From NCBI GenBank assembly GCA_030699485.1, contig JAUYMM010000026.1, positions 1 through 47,547 on the forward strand: a stretch of DNA of 47,547 nt, written 5' to 3'. The stretch comes from Candidatus Woesebacteria bacterium. GTDB lineage: Bacteria; Patescibacteriota; Microgenomatia; UBA8517. The translations under genes were made by a program, and so were the position numbers. Shown piece by piece: positions 17,269 through 27,000 of this stretch (its first letter is position 1; each line of letters starts with the position of its first letter). The notes beneath the pieces are model-generated. The model made no database searches, was not told the DNA's origin, and saw nothing but the letters and a program-made list of their open reading frames with translations.

Positions 17269-18348
17269 ATGGCAAAAATAGAAACGGAAGTTTGGCCAAT
17301 AGAAACAAAAAAGTATATAGAACACGCCTTAAATTTCAATTCGGAAGAAATGCGCCTACGTGAATTAGCAATATCTGAAGTTCCAGATGGTGCGATAGAT
17401 ATGCATACTCATATGGGACTGGCTTCATATTCAGCTGGTATGGATCCAGTATTTCTATCTCGTTTGGTATCAATTTACCCATATTTTTCATATGAAGATC
17501 ATTTGAAGGTGCGGTCAGCTCTTTGGGATAATCGGAAAGATGTTAGACAGGTTGTTTTTACCTTTCCACTTAGAGGAATAGATTTCAGAGCAGGTAATCA
17601 ATATATTGAAAAGATATGTGCAAAGGACGAAGCACTCATTCCATTTTTGACTGGTGATCCTTACGACAATAGGTACACATTGTCACAATTAGATAACCCG
17701 AATTGGAAAGGACTAAAGATGTATTCCAAATTAATGTGGGAGGAAGTTCATAGAATAGTCGACTTTTTTCCTTGGCCAGTTCTTGAGAAAACCAATGATT
17801 TAGGATTGCCGATAACACTTCACTTGCCTCACAATTTGATGTGGGATATTGATGAGCTTGTAGACCTAGCAAGAAGATATGAGAATATGACTTTTCTTAT
17901 TGCTCATTTTGGTATTGCTCGAGGAAATAGAGAGGAAATAAATCGAGCAATAGCAATGACAGAAGATTCCCCCAATATTGTATATGAGACTTCTTTTTAT
18001 GTGCTACCTGAAGTTATATCTGAAGCTTTGCGTAGAGTAGGCCCGCAAAGAATAGTATATGGATCGGATAGACCATTAGACCTAGTAAGAGCTAAGTTTG
18101 TTTTCGGCCAGAATGGTGAGGAGAGACTTATAACAGATTACCCCTACCATTGGGTAAACAAAAAGGAACAAGATAGTCTTCGTACAAAAATTGTCGTCGA
18201 CCCAAGCGAAATTCCTAATATCTATTTCACCTCGTTATTTGCTTTGTTAGACGCTATCAAAGAAGTTTATCCTTCTTTTCAAGAACAACTTAGTGTTAAG
18301 CAAACTATTTTTGTAGATAATCCCAGTAGAATTTTAAAATTACTTTGA
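17269..18348 (+). CDS. metal-dependent TIM-barrel amidohydrolase-2 family protein
   Basis: IDMHTHMG (HxH), LHLPH, AHFG and YGSDRP motifs. Confidence 0.7.
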   Translation: MAKIETEVWPIETKKYIEHALNFNSEEMRLRELAISEVPDGAIDMHTHMGLASYSAGMDPVFLSRLVSIYPYFSYEDHLKVRSALWDNRKDVRQVVFTFPLRGIDFRAGNQYIEKICAKDEALIPFLTGDPYDNRYTLSQLDNPNWKGLKMYSKLMWEEVHRIVDFFPWPVLEKTNDLGLPITLHLPHNLMWDIDELVDLARRYENMTFLIAHFGIARGNREEINRAIAMTEDSPNIVYETSFYVLPEVISEALRRVGPQRIVYGSDRPLDLVRAKFVFGQNGEERLITDYPYHWVNKKEQDSLRTKIVVDPSEIPNIYFTSLFALLDAIKEVYPSFQEQLSVKQTIFVDNPSRILKLL

Positions 18349-18552
18349 AATTTCTAAAACCTGAGCTGATAACATGGAACTGACGCAAACCAGAAAACAT
18401 AAATTCTAATAGCCGGTACGTTGGGGACTCTGTAGCTACAATATTTTACCCAATTCATATCATAGATCATAATAGTAGTGTTACCCGTAAATTTAATTAA
18501 GATTTTAGAGCTTGATGTTGTAGACTTTAAATTCTAAACTATAGCTAGAAAA

Positions 18553-19500
18553 ATGAAATTGACGGTTGATAAAATCCTAAAAAACTCGGATATAAGGAAA
18601 CTAGGTTATATAAAAATCTGCAAACCCTTAGACCTAGGACTCGAGAGCCGAAACTTCCTATTAATTACTCCCTCTAACAAATACGTACTTAAATCTTATA
18701 AAAATACTTTATTAAATGAAGTCATTTTTGAAACCTCAATCCTTAGCCATTTAAAACGTTTCAACAATAAGTTCCCTTCGCCCATCAGAAAGGTTTTTTA
18801 TATTAACTCTTTACCGTGTGTTCTCTACACATTCATTGAGGGGCGTGGCCTCGTGCCACATGATATTAATATCTCTACGTTACAAAAGGTAGCAGAGTTA
18901 CAGGCATTAATACATAAAAACTTAGTCAATTTCATACCAGATGGTAACAGGGAAAGATTCTCAATATTTGATCTAAGTTTTGTAGACGACTTTAGATGCG
19001 ATTGCTCGAGAGAGGATACATTGCTCATTAAAAATTGTAGAGATTGGCTAGTAACAAGACTGAATAGATTTAAAAGAAGTAATTTCCCCAAATCAATAAT
19101 ACATGAAGATTTGGAGATGGAGAACATTCTTGTCGATAGAAAGGGAGATGTCAAATTTATTGATTTTGGTGAATCGCATAGGGCTGAAGTGGTAAGTGAT
19201 ATAGCAATTACTATAAAGGAGTTAATTGTAAACAATTATGGAACTAACACCAACAATCTTATTGGAGCATATTTAGACGCATATGAGGTAAATAATCCGG
19301 TTCTGAATGTAGTGCAGCTTAAAGTGTTATATACTTTATTTGTTAGAAGAGGCTTGTTTATGTTTTCATATTTTCTAAATAAGCAAGCTAAAAATAAAGA
19401 TCTATTTTTGAGCAGAAGAATCAAAATAGAAAGGAAGACACTCAAATTATTGTTGTTACCTAACGATTTAGAACAAAAAATAATTAGTTTTAAATTATGA
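18553..19500 (+). CDS. APH/choline-kinase-family small-molecule kinase
   Basis: Brenner motif IIHEDLEMENILV and KFIDFGES. Confidence 0.75.
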   Translation: MKLTVDKILKNSDIRKLGYIKICKPLDLGLESRNFLLITPSNKYVLKSYKNTLLNEVIFETSILSHLKRFNNKFPSPIRKVFYINSLPCVLYTFIEGRGLVPHDINISTLQKVAELQALIHKNLVNFIPDGNRERFSIFDLSFVDDFRCDCSREDTLLIKNCRDWLVTRLNRFKRSNFPKSIIHEDLEMENILVDRKGDVKFIDFGESHRAEVVSDIAITIKELIVNNYGTNTNNLIGAYLDAYEVNNPVLNVVQLKVLYTLFVRRGLFMFSYFLNKQAKNKDLFLSRRIKIERKTLKLLLLPNDLEQKIISFKL

Positions 19501-20510
19501 CTAGACTTAAAAAGAACGCAAAAGTTGGCCTAACACTAATGAAAATTGCCCCCTTTCATATCGGGCATAAGTATTTGCTAGACACCGCCCTACACGAAGT
19601 TGATCACTTAATTGCTGTTATTTATGATTGTCCAAATTTAACAGATATTCCCCTAAATGTTAGAGCAGGTTGGATCAGAAAACTTTATCCTCAAGTTGAA
19701 GTGATTGAGGGTTGGGATGCTCCAAATCAACATGAAGATACTTCTGAAGTGAAAAGAATGCAGGAACAGTATATAGCTGGTGTGTTAAAAGGTAGGAAAA
19801 TTACTCATTTTGTTTCATCCGAATATTATGGGGAACACATGAGCAAGTTTTTAAATGCAATTAATTTTATTATTGATATGGACAGGAAAAAACTGCAAAT
19901 ATCTTCAACAATGATTAGAAGTAATCTTTATAAATATAGAAAGTTTATCCCAACAATCGTCTTGAAAGATCTTTTAACAAAAGTGGTTATCCTAGGTGCT
20001 CCTAGCAATGAAAATGAAAAGATTGTTAAAGAAGTTTCTCGTAGACTTGAAACAAACTGTTTTCCAGATATATCTGTAAAACACCTTTCTCAGAATAACT
20101 CTATTAAACCTAGTCGAGAGCTAGACTTTATAGACATAGCACAAAAAAGAAATATCCAAAGATCTAATGAGAAAATTATCCACGATGCTAATGAGTCAAT
20201 AATTTATAGCTCCTCAATTCTTATGGATTATATATTATCAATGACTGTGAACAGAAAATACGATCAAAAATTACACGATCTTGCAAGAGAAGAAATATCA
20301 AACTATGATTTAGTATTTGTAAATTCAGATAAAACAAATATTATCAGTAAAAATTATGGAATTGAAAACACTTACATAAATAATCAGCTTTTTGGAAATT
20401 TGGTTGAAATGAAGATTCCTTATACATTATTAAAAGGTAATTTCGAACAAAAGGTGCAAACAATCGTTAATAAAGTTAAAATAGACATCAAATCTAAGAA
20501 AAAAATCTAA
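19497..20510 (+). CDS. NadR-like nucleotidyltransferase (HxGH cytidylyl/adenylyltransferase fold) with degenerate C-terminal P-loop domain
   Basis: PFHIGHKYLL and ISSTMIR motifs. C-terminal VVILGAPSNENEK lacks the GK[ST] of a Walker A. ATGA overlap with the kinase gene. Confidence 0.65.
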   Translation: MTRLKKNAKVGLTLMKIAPFHIGHKYLLDTALHEVDHLIAVIYDCPNLTDIPLNVRAGWIRKLYPQVEVIEGWDAPNQHEDTSEVKRMQEQYIAGVLKGRKITHFVSSEYYGEHMSKFLNAINFIIDMDRKKLQISSTMIRSNLYKYRKFIPTIVLKDLLTKVVILGAPSNENEKIVKEVSRRLETNCFPDISVKHLSQNNSIKPSRELDFIDIAQKRNIQRSNEKIIHDANESIIYSSSILMDYILSMTVNRKYDQKLHDLAREEISNYDLVFVNSDKTNIISKNYGIENTYINNQLFGNLVEMKIPYTLLKGNFEQKVQTIVNKVKIDIKSKKKI

Positions 20511-20512
20511 AA

Positions 20513-21703
20513 ATGAATTATTTAAGTGGTGGGGTAAACTCACCCATACCTATTCCTAAAAATTTCCCAAATAATATTATTGCTGGGGAGGGTCCTTACG
20601 TAATAGACAAAAATGGTCAAAAATACATAGATATGTGGATGGGTTATGGTGCTCTTTTGTTTGGACACGCAGATAAGGAAATTATTCAAACGACTAGTAA
20701 GTGTTTAAAAAATGGCTGGTTCTTTTCATATCAAACTAAAATAGAGAAAGATTTTTCATCTGTTTTACACGATCTGATCCCTTGTGCGGAGAGAGTGCGT
20801 TTTGCTACCACAGGATCTGATGCTGTGGCTTATGCAATACGTGCAGCACGAGCTTACACTTCTAGGGATATGGTCTTATCTGTCGTTGGTGGATACCACG
20901 GAGTCCATGAAGCAATGATAGCAAGTGAAGGTATAGCTTTTAAAAATAAACCAGATTTAGTTCATTTTAATAACACCAAAGAATCAATAAAAGCCATAAA
21001 AACCAAAAAATATGCATGTATGATATTGGAGCCAATAATGGCAAATTCGGGTTGTACTCCACCATTACCAGGTTATCTACAGGCACTGCGAAAAGCATGT
21101 GATGAAACTAATACTGTTTTAATTTTTGATGAAGTGGTAACAGGATTTAGAATTAATCTAGGTGGTGCTCAGAAGAAATATGGTGTAACACCCGATTTAT
21201 CAACGTTTTCTAAAGCTATTGCGTGTGGATTACCCTTATCTGTCGTGTGCGGAAAGGTATCGATCTTGGATAAATTTATTCCTACGGGTAATGTTTTTTT
21301 TGCTGGAACTTTTAATGCCCACCCCCTTTCTTTGGCAGTTGGTACTCTCGTAATTGAAATGCTTAGGGATGGTAAAATACACTCTCGGATCACTAAATTG
21401 GGAAATCGGTTGAGATCTTTTATTTCAAATTCTATTAATAAGTATGATCTTAATGCTTGTGTTCAGGGTACTGATTCAATGTTAACAGTAGCTTTTGGTT
21501 GTAAAGATTTTGTTCATGGTATCAGTAATGAAAAGTTCAATCAAAAAACTTATGATATATTTGTTAAGAAAATGGCTGAGAGGAAAATATTGTTTCCTCC
21601 ACTACCAACAGAAACTGTTTTTCTATCCCCAGTACATGAAGCGGTGATTGAAAAAATAGAAAAAGCATTTGATGAAGTTTTTTTGGAAATAAAAAATTTG
21701 TGA
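20513..21703 (+). CDS. class III PLP aminotransferase, glutamate-1-semialdehyde aminomutase (HemL)-like
   Basis: GGVNSP start, DEVVTGFR, and PLP-Lys context TFSKAIACG. Confidence 0.75.
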   Translation: MNYLSGGVNSPIPIPKNFPNNIIAGEGPYVIDKNGQKYIDMWMGYGALLFGHADKEIIQTTSKCLKNGWFFSYQTKIEKDFSSVLHDLIPCAERVRFATTGSDAVAYAIRAARAYTSRDMVLSVVGGYHGVHEAMIASEGIAFKNKPDLVHFNNTKESIKAIKTKKYACMILEPIMANSGCTPPLPGYLQALRKACDETNTVLIFDEVVTGFRINLGGAQKKYGVTPDLSTFSKAIACGLPLSVVCGKVSILDKFIPTGNVFFAGTFNAHPLSLAVGTLVIEMLRDGKIHSRITKLGNRLRSFISNSINKYDLNACVQGTDSMLTVAFGCKDFVHGISNEKFNQKTYDIFVKKMAERKILFPPLPTETVFLSPVHEAVIEKIEKAFDEVFLEIKNL

Positions 21704-21712
21704 TAAATATCT

Positions 21713-22936
21713 ATGGATAATCAAAAACTAAAAATATTGAAAGATCTTAATAAAACAATAGAGCTTGCTAAAGGTACAAAACTCTATAAGAATAAAAAAC
21801 TCCATAAATTAAATTCACTAACTGAACTGTCAAAATTACCATTTACCTCAAAAGAAGATTTAAGGGATTCTTATCCATACGGAGGACTTGCTGTTCCACA
21901 AAGTGAAATTATAGAAGCTCATACGACATCTGGCACAACAGGTAAACCTACTCTTTCTTTTTTTACGAAAAAAGATCTCGCAGAAGGGTCCAAAGCTATT
22001 TCTGAAGCTTGGAGAACTTTTGGAATTAATAAAAAAAGCAAAGTAATGTTTATCATGAGTTATGGTTTATATAGTGGAGCGGCGTTGAATACTTATGCTA
22101 TCCAGAGTATAGGAGCATTTGTTTTACCATCTGGTATACAACCTGTTTTGACTCAATTAAACTTCATGGTTGATTTTGAAATTGATACCATAATAGCTAC
22201 CCCAGGTTATTTACTCTACCTCTATCAATGGATGAAAACAAATAAATTCGACCGCTCAAAACTTAAGTTAATAAGAGCAATTGCTGCTGGAGAAGTTTAT
22301 TCAAATGATATTCGAGAGGATATAGAAAATAAACTTCAAATAAAAGTTTTCGATCATTATGGTTTGTGTGAAGTAAATACAGGAATAGCATATGAGTGTA
22401 CAGAAAGAAAGGGGTTACATGTAATAGATGACTATGTTATTCCGGAAGTTGTTGATCCAAAAACCAATAAGGTTTTACCTGTTGGGGAATATGGTGAACT
22501 AGTCTTCACGAGTTTAAGAAAAGATGCATCACCAATAATTCGATACAGAACAAAAGACATTACCTGTATCATGCCTGGGAAATGCCCTTGTGGAAGAAGT
22601 AGAATAAGAATTGGTCGGATCAAATCAAGAATTGGTGAAACATTATTTATCAAAGGTTTAAAAATTGACCCATATGAATTAAGAGATTTTGTAAGAAAAT
22701 ACTTAGGCTCAAAGCTTTTTGCGGGTGATATTCAAATTATTATCAAAGAAAACGATATTAAATTCATACCAAAAATTCTAATGACTTTTGTTAAAAATGA
22801 TCCAAAAGTTTTGAGGAATCTCCAGCTAAAAATTTATGAGTTTACAAAGGTGAAATTTCAGGTTAAAAATGTTCCGCAAGAATTCTTTAACAGAGAAAAA
22901 AATAATAAAGTTAAATTTATCGTTCATGAAAAATAG
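21713..22936 (+). CDS. adenylate-forming enzyme, PaaK / CapK / F390-synthetase / LuxE-like
   Basis: HTTSGTTGKPT AMP-binding motif, ~400 aa short ANL architecture. Confidence 0.75.
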   Translation: MDNQKLKILKDLNKTIELAKGTKLYKNKKLHKLNSLTELSKLPFTSKEDLRDSYPYGGLAVPQSEIIEAHTTSGTTGKPTLSFFTKKDLAEGSKAISEAWRTFGINKKSKVMFIMSYGLYSGAALNTYAIQSIGAFVLPSGIQPVLTQLNFMVDFEIDTIIATPGYLLYLYQWMKTNKFDRSKLKLIRAIAAGEVYSNDIREDIENKLQIKVFDHYGLCEVNTGIAYECTERKGLHVIDDYVIPEVVDPKTNKVLPVGEYGELVFTSLRKDASPIIRYRTKDITCIMPGKCPCGRSRIRIGRIKSRIGETLFIKGLKIDPYELRDFVRKYLGSKLFAGDIQIIIKENDIKFIPKILMTFVKNDPKVLRNLQLKIYEFTKVKFQVKNVPQEFFNREKNNKVKFIVHEK

Positions 22937-24113
22937 ACAAAACGAAATATCAAGTTTGTGCAAAGATTTGCTTAATTGGATTAAGAAGAATAAAAATGCT
23001 TTATTACTCTTGAATAGTAAATGTTCTCAAGATACTGAATTTAGTATGAGTAATGATTTTGATTTTGTCTGTTCTGTACTAGAGTCATTTTATAAAAATA
23101 ATCTTCATTTATTTAATCAAAGACTTAAACCTAAGGGAAAGGTGATAATAATTCTTTCTTACAACGAACCTATGACTATGTCCATAATTCCAGTTTTAAA
23201 CGCTTTAGTTGCAGGTAACAAACTTACAGTAAGGCCCAGTTCTCGCGGTCGAGATATATTTAATTATATTTGGCGCGAAAGTGGAATAATTGATAAATAC
23301 AAACTTGATTTAAAAATTCGGGAACAAGATAGTTTATCAGACGCAGAGCTTAAAAATACTCAAGCTTTATATTTTTTTGGAGGATATAAAAATGCAAAAA
23401 AGATGTCTATTTTGTGTTCGAAGTATTTTATAGAGTTTTATCCACAAATTGAAGCTGCAGATTTCAAGATTATCAAATATGATCATTCTGAAAATTTTGA
23501 TATAAAACAAGATGTTGAAACAACTTTGAACGAAGCGTTTTCCCATAACGGTCAATCTTGCCAAAGAGTTCAAGGAGTTTTTGTTGCAGAAAGAGACTAT
23601 AAAAAATATTCAGATAACATGTTAACTAGTTTTAATAAATTTTGCCATTCCTCAGAAATAAAAAATTATATATCAGAAAATTTAGATGTTGATAAGAAGA
23701 TTATTAAATCTACAATTCTTGAAATTTCAAAATCAAAACCTATGAAAATAATAAAAGCCCCTACTAAATTAGGATTGCCAATATTAGTCCTTGATCCCAA
23801 TCCTGCAAGTATTTTTGTTCAGTCAGCGTACTTTTTACCAGTTATATGGATAGCAAAGTATTCGTCTGAGAAGGAACTTCTTGAATATATCGGATTACGT
23901 CAATTTCATCTAGGAATAAATATTCAGTCAGACAATGAAGATTTCATTTCTAGAATTATCTCAAACACCAATTATACGAGATATACTGTTAATACTGATC
24001 ATTCAAGAGTTAGACCAGAAGAGGGGTGGGGAGGAACATGGCCAAGTGGCTACACTGGTTATAGAAGTTGGATTGAACTTTTTTCTTATCCCTACGAAAT
24101 TATTAGGAAGTGA
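22926..24113 (+). CDS. aldehyde dehydrogenase superfamily protein, LuxC-type acyl-CoA/acyl-adenylate reductase-like
   Basis: Catalytic Cys context HNGQSCQRVQGVFV. Start taken at ATG 22926 (MKNRQNE), an 11-nt overlap with the upstream gene; the track start is 22869. Confidence 0.6.
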   Translation: MKNRQNEISSLCKDLLNWIKKNKNALLLLNSKCSQDTEFSMSNDFDFVCSVLESFYKNNLHLFNQRLKPKGKVIIILSYNEPMTMSIIPVLNALVAGNKLTVRPSSRGRDIFNYIWRESGIIDKYKLDLKIREQDSLSDAELKNTQALYFFGGYKNAKKMSILCSKYFIEFYPQIEAADFKIIKYDHSENFDIKQDVETTLNEAFSHNGQSCQRVQGVFVAERDYKKYSDNMLTSFNKFCHSSEIKNYISENLDVDKKIIKSTILEISKSKPMKIIKAPTKLGLPILVLDPNPASIFVQSAYFLPVIWIAKYSSEKELLEYIGLRQFHLGINIQSDNEDFISRIISNTNYTRYTVNTDHSRVRPEEGWGGTWPSGYTGYRSWIELFSYPYEIIRK

Positions 24114-24135
24114 TTTCACTAATCTGAACGCTTTA

Positions 24136-25416
24136 TTATTTCCCAGAAGTAATTTTTAACATATTAAGTGATCTTTTTCCTAATCTAATGATAAAATGAC
24201 TGTTTTTATCTAACTTAACATTCTCTGTTTTTGGATCAATTGCTACACCGTTAATATAAAAGCCGTCTTGTTCGATTAACTTTTTTACACTAGTTTTACT
24301 TTTGGCTAGATTTGTTTCAACGAGTAGACCAATTAAGGTTTTAATGCTTATATCACCAGGTTCTAACTGGCGACTTAGTATTGACTTAGGAGCTTCCATT
24401 TTTTGAACTGTTTTTTGGAAGAATTTAGCAGCTTGATCGGCTGCATCTTCACCATCATATAGTTTAACAATCTCATGAGCCAGCACTTTTTTAAGTTCGA
24501 TTGCATCAGCAGTTCCTTCGTGCAGTTCTTTTGTGGCTTTTTTTACAAATTCCATTGGAAAACGAGTAGCACACTCCATATATACAGGAATCAACGAATC
24601 GGAAATTTTCATCAATTGAACATATTTTATTTCAGGCTTATCGTTAATCCAGATACAATTACCTTTGCTTGTACTCATTTTGTCTCCGTCTAAACCAATC
24701 AATAGTAGTGTGGTCATATAATCCTGTGGAGGCATTCCGAATGCTTTTTGTACATCCCTTCCTTTTGTAAGATTGTATGTTTGATCGGTTCCTCCCAACT
24801 CAACATCTGCCTTAATCTTGACAGAATCATATGCCTGAAGTAGAGGATAAAAGGCCTCAGTAAAAGATACACTATCTCCACGTTTTATTCTTTTAGCAAA
24901 ATTGTCTCTTCCGGAGGCCTCTTGTAGGGTTTGGCATGAAGTAAGTTTTAATAGAGTCTGTAGAGATATATTTTTTAGCCAATCAGCATTATGAACAAGT
25001 TCTAGTTTGGAAGTATCAAGAATTCTCGAGAACTGATTCATGTAATCTTTGATATTTTCAGCTATCTGTTGGGGAGTTAATCCTTTTCTTGCTCCAGGTT
25101 TATCTGAAGTGTCTCCTACTTGAGCTGTACCATCTCCGATAATTATAACTATTTGATGACCTAGATCTTGAAATTCCTTTAATTTTAAAAGAGTGGCTCC
25201 TCTGCCAACATGAAGCCTCGAGCCTGTTGGATCAATCCCAAGTTTAACTCTTAAAACAGTGTCTGGATCAAGTAGTCTTTCTCGTAAATGTTGACTATCA
25301 GCCACTTCAACCACACCCCTTGTCAAGAGCTCGTCTACTCTTTGTTCCAGTTCTTTACCTCTACTTATTTCACCCATACCTTCTTTATTATATGATATTA
25401 ATGTTTCTTCGTTCAT
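24136..25416 (-). CDS. tyrS: tyrosine--tRNA ligase with C-terminal S4-like domain
   Basis: GIDPTGSRLHVGRG (HIGH variant), IIIGDGTAQVGD, KMSTSKG. Confidence 0.9.
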   Translation of the reverse strand: MNEETLISYNKEGMGEISRGKELEQRVDELLTRGVVEVADSQHLRERLLDPDTVLRVKLGIDPTGSRLHVGRGATLLKLKEFQDLGHQIVIIIGDGTAQVGDTSDKPGARKGLTPQQIAENIKDYMNQFSRILDTSKLELVHNADWLKNISLQTLLKLTSCQTLQEASGRDNFAKRIKRGDSVSFTEAFYPLLQAYDSVKIKADVELGGTDQTYNLTKGRDVQKAFGMPPQDYMTTLLLIGLDGDKMSTSKGNCIWINDKPEIKYVQLMKISDSLIPVYMECATRFPMEFVKKATKELHEGTADAIELKKVLAHEIVKLYDGEDAADQAAKFFQKTVQKMEAPKSILSRQLEPGDISIKTLIGLLVETNLAKSKTSVKKLIEQDGFYINGVAIDPKTENVKLDKNSHFIIRLGKRSLNMLKITSGK

Positions 25417-25520
25417 ACAACTGACATTTTTGAGTATTTATACTTCCATTAATTGTCTTATGGGTATTTTAACAAAAATTATTACTATATGCTACAATCG
25501 ATTCGTTCACATCAAATAAT

Positions 25521-26831
25521 ATGAAAGAAAATGGTCACCCAACTTTATCTGAAAGGGCCTTACTTTTTCCTGATAATCCGATCAGAGGATTAGAAGAACT
25601 TGCTATTCAGACAAGAGCAAAGGGTGTAGAAGTAATACCATTAAACATTGGATCTCCTGATACAACAACTCCAGAAGTGGTCTTATCAGCAATTAAACAG
25701 TTTGTAGATAAAAGTGTAAATATTGGTTATGGGCCTTCCTCTGGGGATTCTGAATTAATTAAGAAAAGATCTTTTTTTTATAAAGATCGATTGAATATAG
25801 ATATTAGTCCTAAAAATATCTTGATTACTCAAGGAGCAAGTGAAGCTTTAGAGTTGGCTATTTTCTCAGTGGCTAATCCCGGTGACGAAATAATAGTGAT
25901 TGAGCCTTTTTTTCCGAACTATAAAGCAATTGCTGAGAAATTTAATGTTGGGTTACGTGGTGTTACCACAAGAATAGAAGATGGTTTCCATGTTATTAAA
26001 GCTGGAGAATCACGAGAAGAATCACTAAAAAGAATCGATGAAGCTGTTAATTCGAGAACTAAGGCTATCCTTTGGAGTTCTCCAAGTAACCCGACAGGAG
26101 CTGTTTATGGAAAAAGTGAATTGGAACTATTGTATACAATTGCCAATAAACATAATTTATTTTTGATAGCCGATGAAGTTTATCGTCTTCTTATATTTAA
26201 TGAAGGAGTTAAATCAAACGGCGTTGTAAGATCACCATCAATTTTTGATATTGTTCCTCAATCAGATAGAGCAAGGGTAATAGGTATCGACAGTTCTTCT
26301 AAGGAGATATCTTTTTGTGGTGGTAGGATAGGTTATCTTATTGTAGATGAATCGTTATCTCCAACAATATTGAAAAATGCCTCAATAAGGGCATGCCCAG
26401 CTATTTTATCACAAGAAGCTGTGAAAGAAATAGTTAATGTAACCCCTGATTATTTTTCTGGCAACCAGGAAGAATTAAAGAAAAGACGCGATTTTCTACA
26501 TCAAGAATTATCTAATATGAAAAATCTGGGAGTGTCAGTATCTTCAAATCCACCGGAAGGCGCCTTTTATATAATTGTTGATTTGGGAAAACAAATATCG
26601 GCTGAAAAATTCTGTAAGTGGCTTTTGACTGATTTCACCGAAGAAAATGGTAGCAATGAAACAGTTTTACTTACACCAATGAGGATGAACACAGGAGGAT
26701 TTTATTTAGACAAAAATACGGGTACTAGCCAAATAAGAATAGCATACGTAAGAAAAATGGATGAGCTAGTTAAAGGAATAGACATTCTCAAATTGGCTTT
26801 AGAAATATATTTAAAAAAAGAAGTTTCTTAA
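25521..26831 (+). CDS. class I/II PLP aminotransferase (aspartate/aromatic type)
   Basis: SPSNPTGAV and SSSKEISFCGGRIGY (PLP Lys and Arg). Confidence 0.8.
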   Translation: MKENGHPTLSERALLFPDNPIRGLEELAIQTRAKGVEVIPLNIGSPDTTTPEVVLSAIKQFVDKSVNIGYGPSSGDSELIKKRSFFYKDRLNIDISPKNILITQGASEALELAIFSVANPGDEIIVIEPFFPNYKAIAEKFNVGLRGVTTRIEDGFHVIKAGESREESLKRIDEAVNSRTKAILWSSPSNPTGAVYGKSELELLYTIANKHNLFLIADEVYRLLIFNEGVKSNGVVRSPSIFDIVPQSDRARVIGIDSSSKEISFCGGRIGYLIVDESLSPTILKNASIRACPAILSQEAVKEIVNVTPDYFSGNQEELKKRRDFLHQELSNMKNLGVSVSSNPPEGAFYIIVDLGKQISAEKFCKWLLTDFTEENGSNETVLLTPMRMNTGGFYLDKNTGTSQIRIAYVRKMDELVKGIDILKLALEIYLKKEVS

Positions 26832-27000
26832 ATTACTAATAGGGGGAGTAGGTTTTATCTTTCATGCTTTTGGTAGATATAATACATCATTTATTATATG
26901 TTTCACACAATCGTCTTACTCATAAGACCAATCCCATTTAGGTTCGTCAACTTCTTCTATCTTAAAAACTAGCATCCCGACCATGGTAAAAAGAATTGCT

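Noticed and set aside
26921-26989. 22-codon minus-strand mini-ORF (MVGMLVFKIEEVDEPKWDWSYE) downstream of the GGCT-like gene.
   Set aside because: No RBS and no distinguishing features, so it is likely chance.
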